12,816 nt of DNA from Candidatus Thorarchaeota archaeon (GTDB lineage: Archaea > Asgardarchaeota > Heimdallarchaeia > Hodarchaeales > Hodarchaeaceae): contig JBHLRO010000041.1 of assembly GCA_048882505.1 (NCBI GenBank), positions 1 through 12,816 of the forward strand, in the 5' to 3' direction. Made by a program: the position numbers and the translations under genes. Each line of letters opens with the position of its first letter. The first letter of the stretch is position 1. The notes beneath the pieces were generated by a model that did no database searches, had not been told where the DNA came from, and worked only from the letters and a program-made list of their open reading frames with translations. Below, piece after piece: positions 7,491-12,816 of this stretch.

Positions 7491-7620
7491 TCTCTAATAA
7501 CTTCCTCATGCTCATTTTAACGATGTGCATGTGAAAAAAACGATCTAGATACTATTATTTGAATTTTTCGGAAGATTATAAGCCGTATTGTATTCTTTAG
7601 GTATTCATCTTGACAGGAAC

Positions 7621-7634
7621 GAAAAGAAAACAAG
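7621..7634 (-). terminator. U-rich tract downstream of the DUF92 gene
   Basis: The minus strand reads CTTGTTTTCTTTTC about 60 nt after the TAA. Confidence 0.25.
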
Positions 7635-7695
7635 CGGCACACAAGCAAAACAGCCAATACAGCGAACTTATTAATTATTTCTTGGATTTATGGGG

Positions 7696-8595
7696 TTAAA
7701 ATCGAATTAGAACAATAATTAGGATACCTAGCATCGCTACTAAGAATGCACTCGAAACATTAACGATATCGTTATTGATGATAATATTTCCCCGAATGAG
7801 TGTTGTTGAATTCCCACATCGGGGATGCGGATTTGATTCCGTCTCTTTAGCACATTGCTCACAATAATAGATGCCTTGAATTACCGCACCTTCAATCGAG
7901 TCAACCACTGATCCAATCAGCCCTGCAAGAGTTATCACCCCCATTGCGAGTCCTATCATAAAAATATTGTGAGAACCAGGAGGAATAGTTAGATAAGCGC
8001 TGAAATAAACTCCTGCAATCACCATCGCTCCAATTAAGGACGCAACCAATCCATCAATAGTGATTCCTCCCGAGGTACCTTGATCCACCTGCTTTTTGAG
8101 ATTTGTTACTAGTCTTGGCTTTCGATTAGATAGCAATCCAATTTCTGTTGCCCAGGTATCCGCATTATGGGCAGCAAAGGCAATAAAAACCCCTATAAAG
8201 AAAGGGCTTGTAATTTGTGGGATTACTGTTCGATCTGTCAAAAGTAGAGGCAAGAGGTCAAAAATTCCATATCCAACAACAAGAATGAGTGCTACTGTTC
8301 CATTTGCTACGACCTGCATTGCATCCCGCTTTGTTGCCCCTTTCTCAAAATCGAGAGAGGCACTGGTTTTCTCAATTGATTTGTATTTCGAAAGAACAGA
8401 GGCACTGATAAAAAAAAAGACCATAGCCAACCAGAAAAAGGGTTGAATTATAAAAAAGAATATACCGAGAAAAGCAGCGACTCCTATTCCCCCACGGGTT
8501 AATAATTTTTTTTGCAATGAAACAGCCAATATCGGAATGTTGAAGATCACCGCCAGGGGGACCATCATAATTAGATAAGGAATTATGGAACTCAA
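7696..8595 (-). CDS. DUF92 / TMEM19 family membrane protein with a Cys/His metal-binding insert
   Basis: KRDAMQVVANG, ADTWATEIG, GTSGGIT..G, GSVVDS..GA..Q and NDIVN; multiple TM segments; CEQC..H..C insert (7863-7816). TTG start with GGAG 7 nt upstream. Confidence 0.9.
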   Translation of the reverse strand: MSSIIPYLIMMVPLAVIFNIPILAVSLQKKLLTRGGIGVAAFLGIFFFIIQPFFWLAMVFFFISASVLSKYKSIEKTSASLDFEKGATKRDAMQVVANGTVALILVVGYGIFDLLPLLLTDRTVIPQITSPFFIGVFIAFAAHNADTWATEIGLLSNRKPRLVTNLKKQVDQGTSGGITIDGLVASLIGAMVIAGVYFSAYLTIPPGSHNIFMIGLAMGVITLAGLIGSVVDSIEGAVIQGIYYCEQCAKETESNPHPRCGNSTTLIRGNIIINNDIVNVSSAFLVAMLGILIIVLIRF

Positions 8596-8643
8596 AGGGA
8601 ATCTCCGCAGTTACATCTTTTCCATGAAAGATTAATCGAGAGA

Positions 8644-10242
8644 TCAATCATTCCAATCGATTTCAGCGTTGAATCGTTCTCGTAGGACTCGGTGAATTAC
8701 TTTCCCTGATCCAGTACGGGGCATTTCCTCGTATCCAATGAAAAGTACCTTTTTGGGAACCTTGAACCGCGCCAGTCTCTCGTAACAAAAATCTCGAAGG
8801 TTCTCGGCCAAACTTTCTGATGGAGAGCGCCCTGATGCCAAGATACATACAGCCGTCACTGCTTCTCCCCATTTGGGGTGATTTAGCCCGACCACCGCGC
8901 ATTCAATGACTGAGGGGTGGGTTGTAATAGCTTTTTCAACCTCTGAAGGGAATATATGCTCCCCACCAGAGATTATCATGTTCGCCTTTCTATCAACGAG
9001 GTAATAATACCCATCGGAATCACGACGTGCCATATCCCCGGCGCTAAAAAAACTTCCGTCCATGGCCTCCCTTGTTTTGTTCGGAAGATTGTAATAATCG
9101 GTTAACTGCATTGGGCTGCGGGAAAAGAGCTCCCCAATTTCGCCCTCAGGGGTAGGCTGGCGGGTCACGGGATCAAGAATCCGGATCTTATCAGACCCAA
9201 AACACTCCTGGCCGATCGATCCCGCCTTAGCAAACTGATCCTCTGGCCTCAGAATGGTTACCAATCCTGCTTCAGTGGACCCATAGGCTTCAAAGAGCTC
9301 AACGCCCTTGAACAGTTCCATCACACCCCTCTTCATTTCCTTAGTAGCTGGAGCCGATGATGTGAGTAATTTGGTTACAGAAGAAAGGTCATATTTGGTT
9401 TTAATTTCATCAGAGAGATTCAAGATTAGGTTATAATGTGTAGGGATTAACGAGGTAAAAGTAATCTTTTCTTGGGCGAAAATCTGAAGCAATTCTTCAG
9501 GGTCAAAGTTGTACTCGCGATGAATGTAGCAAGCAGCTCCGATATAAGTAAAGACAAATGCATAGAACGTGGAATTTACGTGACTAAGCGGCATAAGTAC
9601 TAATCCGTAATCCTTGGGAGTAAAAGAATATTCAGCCGCATTAATCAGAAAAAAGGCAATATATGAACGGTGAGACCGGACAACCCCCTTGGGTTTTCCA
9701 GTTGTCCCACTGGTATACAACAAAATCCAAGTATCCTCTGGGTCAATTGAAATCTCGGGGCAGTCCTCACTGCCTGCACCCACGATATCTTCAAAATAAC
9801 TCCAACCATCGCCTATTGGAATATCGCCAATTACGACGCTCTGAAGAATGTCCAGTCCGAATTCGACCACAAGATCCCAATTATCGAGTGTGGTCTGGTA
9901 ATAGCGTTGTTCAATCATCACCATTTTACATTCTGCGTTCTGTACAATCCAATATAGATCCTCGGGTAACAGTCGAAAATTTAAAGGAACAATGATCAAT
10001 CCTGCTTTTGCCGCAGCAATATAGATCTCAGCGAACTCTAAACAGTTATTGGCAAGTACAGCAATTTTATCGCCTTTTTTCAAACCTCTTGACAACAATC
10101 CATTCGCCAATTTATTTGTACGTAAGTTAAATTCCCTGAAGGTAAGAGAACGTTTAGCATCTTTGAATGCCAGCTTATTAGGCGCCTTTTCCGCATTAAT
10201 TTGAACTAATTCACCTAGATGTAACCAAGTCAAAAGCCTCAA
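8644..10242 (-). CDS. AMP-forming acyl-CoA synthetase (long-chain fatty acid-CoA ligase-like, ANL superfamily)
   Basis: LYTSGTTGKPKGV (A3), YGSTEAG (A5), GDMARRDSDGYYYLVDRK..MIISGGE.IFPSEVE (A7/A8) and RTGSGKV (A10). TTG start. Confidence 0.93.
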   Translation of the reverse strand: MRLLTWLHLGELVQINAEKAPNKLAFKDAKRSLTFREFNLRTNKLANGLLSRGLKKGDKIAVLANNCLEFAEIYIAAAKAGLIIVPLNFRLLPEDLYWIVQNAECKMVMIEQRYYQTTLDNWDLVVEFGLDILQSVVIGDIPIGDGWSYFEDIVGAGSEDCPEISIDPEDTWILLYTSGTTGKPKGVVRSHRSYIAFFLINAAEYSFTPKDYGLVLMPLSHVNSTFYAFVFTYIGAACYIHREYNFDPEELLQIFAQEKITFTSLIPTHYNLILNLSDEIKTKYDLSSVTKLLTSSAPATKEMKRGVMELFKGVELFEAYGSTEAGLVTILRPEDQFAKAGSIGQECFGSDKIRILDPVTRQPTPEGEIGELFSRSPMQLTDYYNLPNKTREAMDGSFFSAGDMARRDSDGYYYLVDRKANMIISGGEHIFPSEVEKAITTHPSVIECAVVGLNHPKWGEAVTAVCILASGRSPSESLAENLRDFCYERLARFKVPKKVLFIGYEEMPRTGSGKVIHRVLRERFNAEIDWND

Positions 10243-10392
10243 ATCCTTAATTATACGTTTATTGCACTTTAAACATTATATTCAATCGTAGGAATTTTCT
10301 GAGGATGTTAGAGATAGATTTTCTTGGTATTTTTATTTCGCTCCACTCATCTTAAAATTCGCAAAAAAGAGGGAAGACATGTATGAGGATGA

Positions 10393-11826
10393 ATGAGCAT
10401 GACTGACTGTTCTGATCATGATTTAGTAGATGTGGCTATTGTAGGAGCTGGGCCTGCCGGATTGACCGCAGCAATGTATGCAGCCAGAGCCGAACTTAAT
10501 ACCGTTGTATGGGGTGATCCTTACGCAAGCCTGTTAGCCAAAGCTCGCGTTGTAGAAAATTACCCAACCTGGACCAACCCCGAGACTAAAGGACTAGAAC
10601 TCATAGATAAGTTTATTGAACATGCAACCCAGTACGGGGCGGTCTTGGATGAACAAGAAATAAGGCAAATCGTTCGGGGAGAAGGAGAACACAGCGCTTT
10701 TCAACTTTTTGATACTGAAGGGAGGGCCACATGCGCCAATACTGTTATTATAGCTTCTGGAACGAAACACAAGAGACTGGGGATCAAGGGCGAAGAGGAA
10801 TTTTATGCACGCGGGGTGGGCTACTGTACGATTTGTGATGGTCCTTTATATAAGGAGGCTCCAGTTGCCATCGTTGGATTTGGCAATGAGGCCGCAACTG
10901 CCGCTCTCAGGATGGCTGATATTGCAAATGAGGTCTTTCTTCTCGCTACCAAAGCGCGAATAGGGGCCGATCCAGCGTTAGTTGATGAACTAGATAATAC
11001 TAAGAATATCGTCTTTTGTGAAAATATTAAACCCCTGGAAATCATAGGAGGAGATGATAAGACTGTGACAGCCTTCAAGTTCGATATTGATGGGATGGTA
11101 AAAACCATTCAGGTAAAAGCAGTATTCGTGGAAGTCGGAGTAACACCTTCCTCGGCTCTGGTCGCTGGCCTTGGAGTGGAACTAGATGGACAGTTTATTC
11201 AAGTTGGATCGATGCAAACTACTAATATAAATGGCGTTTTTGCGGCGGGGGACGTAACCGGGGGGATTGCACGTCAGGCCATAGTATCAGCGGGAGATGG
11301 TGCCCGTGCGGCTATCGGAGCAATTGATTATCTAAAAAGAGTAGGATTAAGTTCTAAAAAGCTTAAAACAATCCAATGGGGATTTACGAAGGTCAAAGTG
11401 AGCACTCCTACGGCAACGGATCAACCTGCTGTTATAAGTGAATTATACGCCTATGTCCACGCTAACAAAGGATTCGTCGCATCTTATGACCGCTATGCGC
11501 CACGAATGGAAACAATCGCCTCCATGAGAGAGATATCTAAGCTTAAGGGACATCAAATTACCGTAACTATCGTCTCGGCCCACTGGTGTCCCGATTGTCG
11601 ACGTGGTGTCCCAAAAATGGCCCGAATCGCGGAATATCTTCCAGAGTGGGAATTTCACGTGGAAAATCGCGATTCAAATGGAATTCGGGAAAAATATAAT
11701 GTAAGAAAAATCCCAACGTTCATAATAAGTAGTAATGGAAAGGAATTAGGCCGTATTATTGAAGTTCCTAAACTTGGAAGCTTCGAAGAGGACTTACTCG
11801 CTATTGTTAAGGGAGAATATCAATAG
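10393..11826 (+). CDS. Thioredoxin reductase (TrxB-like flavoprotein) fused to a C-terminal thioredoxin domain
   Basis: GAGPAG, VENYP, active-site CTIC (10825-36), GVFAAGD and RQAIVSAGDG. These are followed by a linker and a Trx fold with WCPDC (11584-98) and the cis-Pro motif KIPTF. The start may be the ATG at 10399. Confidence 0.92.
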   Translation: MSMTDCSDHDLVDVAIVGAGPAGLTAAMYAARAELNTVVWGDPYASLLAKARVVENYPTWTNPETKGLELIDKFIEHATQYGAVLDEQEIRQIVRGEGEHSAFQLFDTEGRATCANTVIIASGTKHKRLGIKGEEEFYARGVGYCTICDGPLYKEAPVAIVGFGNEAATAALRMADIANEVFLLATKARIGADPALVDELDNTKNIVFCENIKPLEIIGGDDKTVTAFKFDIDGMVKTIQVKAVFVEVGVTPSSALVAGLGVELDGQFIQVGSMQTTNINGVFAAGDVTGGIARQAIVSAGDGARAAIGAIDYLKRVGLSSKKLKTIQWGFTKVKVSTPTATDQPAVISELYAYVHANKGFVASYDRYAPRMETIASMREISKLKGHQITVTIVSAHWCPDCRRGVPKMARIAEYLPEWEFHVENRDSNGIREKYNVRKIPTFIISSNGKELGRIIEVPKLGSFEEDLLAIVKGEYQ

Positions 11827-11845
11827 ATCCGTAATCTCGGGATGA

Positions 11846-12475
11846 TTATCGCGTTAGATTTAGCCTTTGCTCCCATGAATCGATTTCATCTAATACCTCC
11901 TCCAAATACTTGATATTCTCTGACCTTAATTCGCGGCAAAACTTAGAGATGTCATATAGTAGTTTAGAAGACTGAATAGTATCCGCGAGGTCATCACGGA
12001 ATGCTTCAATCAAATTTGGAATGCTTTCGGGTTTTTCCAGCCTTTCCTCCCATAATCGTGAGATAGTTTCCCGTAACGACTGAATTTCAATCCGAAGGCT
12101 ACCCACTTCGGTTGCTGACTGTACAGGAGTAAGTGTTCCCTCCAAGCGTTTCCTAATTTGCTTGATCAGACGATTAATGGCATCGTTCCGATTCTTTGCA
12201 AGGCCTGTGGAAACCCAATTCTCTGCAACTACTTCGATGAGCTGAAAGACAGCCGCATCCTCATTACCTTGAATTTCGGGAAGATAATGGAAAAGCCCCA
12301 GCTTGGTAACGACGAAACGAAAGTTCGCACTGATATACTGACGCTCACGTTTCGTAAATTCGATCTGCTTTAACAGGTGGCGGAACTCCGAAACGTCCAT
12401 CCGGCCAGATTGATACGCAGGGCCTATACGAGGCTTAATTTTTTCAACTACCTGATCTACGACTTTCAAGCTCAA
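11846..12475 (-). CDS. Hypothetical helical protein with a coiled-coil segment
   Basis: 209-aa ORF with protein-like composition, a TTG start and a TATA-like box just upstream. Heptad-like LRIEIQSLRETISRL. I do not recognise the family. Confidence 0.75.
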   Translation of the reverse strand: MSLKVVDQVVEKIKPRIGPAYQSGRMDVSEFRHLLKQIEFTKRERQYISANFRFVVTKLGLFHYLPEIQGNEDAAVFQLIEVVAENWVSTGLAKNRNDAINRLIKQIRKRLEGTLTPVQSATEVGSLRIEIQSLRETISRLWEERLEKPESIPNLIEAFRDDLADTIQSSKLLYDISKFCRELRSENIKYLEEVLDEIDSWEQRLNLTR

Positions 12476-12489
12476 GCATCCAAAATCCA

Positions 12490-12498
12490 GTTATATTG
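12490..12498 (-). promoter_or_regulatory. TATA-like box for the 209-aa hypothetical gene
   Basis: The minus strand reads CAATATAAC about 15-23 nt upstream of the TTG. This is somewhat closer than a canonical leaderless spacing. Confidence 0.3.
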
Positions 12499-12677
12499 AA
12501 ATGAAAAATACGATCCCGTAAGAAAGAACTGCGTCCTTTATAGGTTCGTGTGGTATTCTCAGGACTACGGGGATAATAAAGCTTTCTCAATCAGCCTAAA
12601 AGAGGAAGAAGATCTCTTCGGATAATATTGCACATACTAGGCCGGCTAAATAGGGTCTCACCTAATGTTGTAAAGGG

Positions 12678-12691
12678 GAGGTGGCGACCTC
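12678..12691. terminator. Short GC hairpin 3' of alba
   Basis: GAGGT-GGCG-ACCTC. On the minus strand it is followed by CCCTTT, about 30-45 nt after the alba stop. Confidence 0.3.
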
Positions 12692-12723
12692 ATGTGTACA
12701 ATATGGCGAGATCGATATATGGA

Positions 12724-12816
12724 TCAAATCTTCTTTATAGTTATCTCAATGGCGGAAACGTTACTCATGTTTCCTTCCCTAGTCTCAATTTGCTCAGTTC
12801 CGATTTCAATATTGGT
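12724..12816 (-). CDS. albA: DNA/RNA-binding protein Alba, C-terminal 30 aa (5' part outside the window)
   Basis: Manual translation from 12816 gives TNIEIGTEQIETREGNMSNVSAIEITIKKI-TGA. This matches the conserved Alba C-terminus (I.IGTE......G....VS.IEI.L). Absent from the ORF track. Confidence 0.9.
   Translation of the reverse strand, partial: TNIEIGTEQIETREGNMSNVSAIEITIKKI

Noticed and set aside
7506-7515. ATGAGCATGA shared between the hbd upstream region (minus strand) and the TrxR start (10393-10402)
   Set aside because: A single 10-mer match in different functional positions; compatible with chance.
7510-7690. Small hydrophobic ORFs in the hbd-DUF92 spacer
   Set aside because: No convincing start or RBS; the composition reflects a GT/U-rich terminator-like tract.
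537-12373. Other short ORFs in the track (537-815, 832-1056, 2443-2706, 2481-2684, 2666-2851, 4646-4843, 5230-5490, 6572-6778, 6853-7278, 8096-8647, 8663-8902, 9663-9995, 10821-11108, 11443-11658, 12158-12373)
   Set aside because: All lie mostly or wholly within well-supported genes, on the other strand or in another frame, and show no recognisable motifs.
12541-12575. tRNA, prompted by GGTTCG
   Set aside because: No T-stem closure, anticodon arm or acceptor stem can be built.
12636-12720. SRP RNA, prompted by CTAGGCCGG
   Set aside because: The rest of the Alu-domain pairing and the helix-8 motif are absent, and there is not enough room before alba.
1-12816. CRISPR array, IS element, prophage or pyrrolysine readthrough of TAG stops
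   Set aside because: No regular direct repeats, transposase, integrase or phage genes. The three TAG-ending genes end where their families normally end.

Overview
Archaeal chromosomal window of mostly housekeeping and metabolic genes. Evidence for an archaeon: an Alba C-terminus, an MJ1487-type radical SAM gene and TATA-like promoters; an Asgard-type host is only my inference. I found 11 CDSs: a 5'-truncated B12-binding radical SAM enzyme (+); an Eis-like GNAT acetyltransferase (-); a small tail-anchored B-box-like zinc-finger protein (+), followed in the same frame by an internally duplicated orphan amino-methyltransferase (+); a ClC-CBS chloride transporter (-); a co-oriented lipid trio of acyl-CoA ligase, DUF92/TMEM19 and 3-hydroxyacyl-CoA dehydrogenase (-); a thioredoxin reductase-thioredoxin fusion that has lost the NADPH-specificity motif (+); a helical hypothetical protein (-); and the 3' end of alba (-), which the ORF track missed. 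I saw no tRNA, rRNA, CRISPR array or mobile element. The best leads are the TrxR-Trx fusion, the tandem methyltransferase with its zinc-finger partner, the DUF92 lipid cluster and the inverted-repeat-rich region upstream of ClC. All family assignments come from motif recognition by eye; no database search was run.
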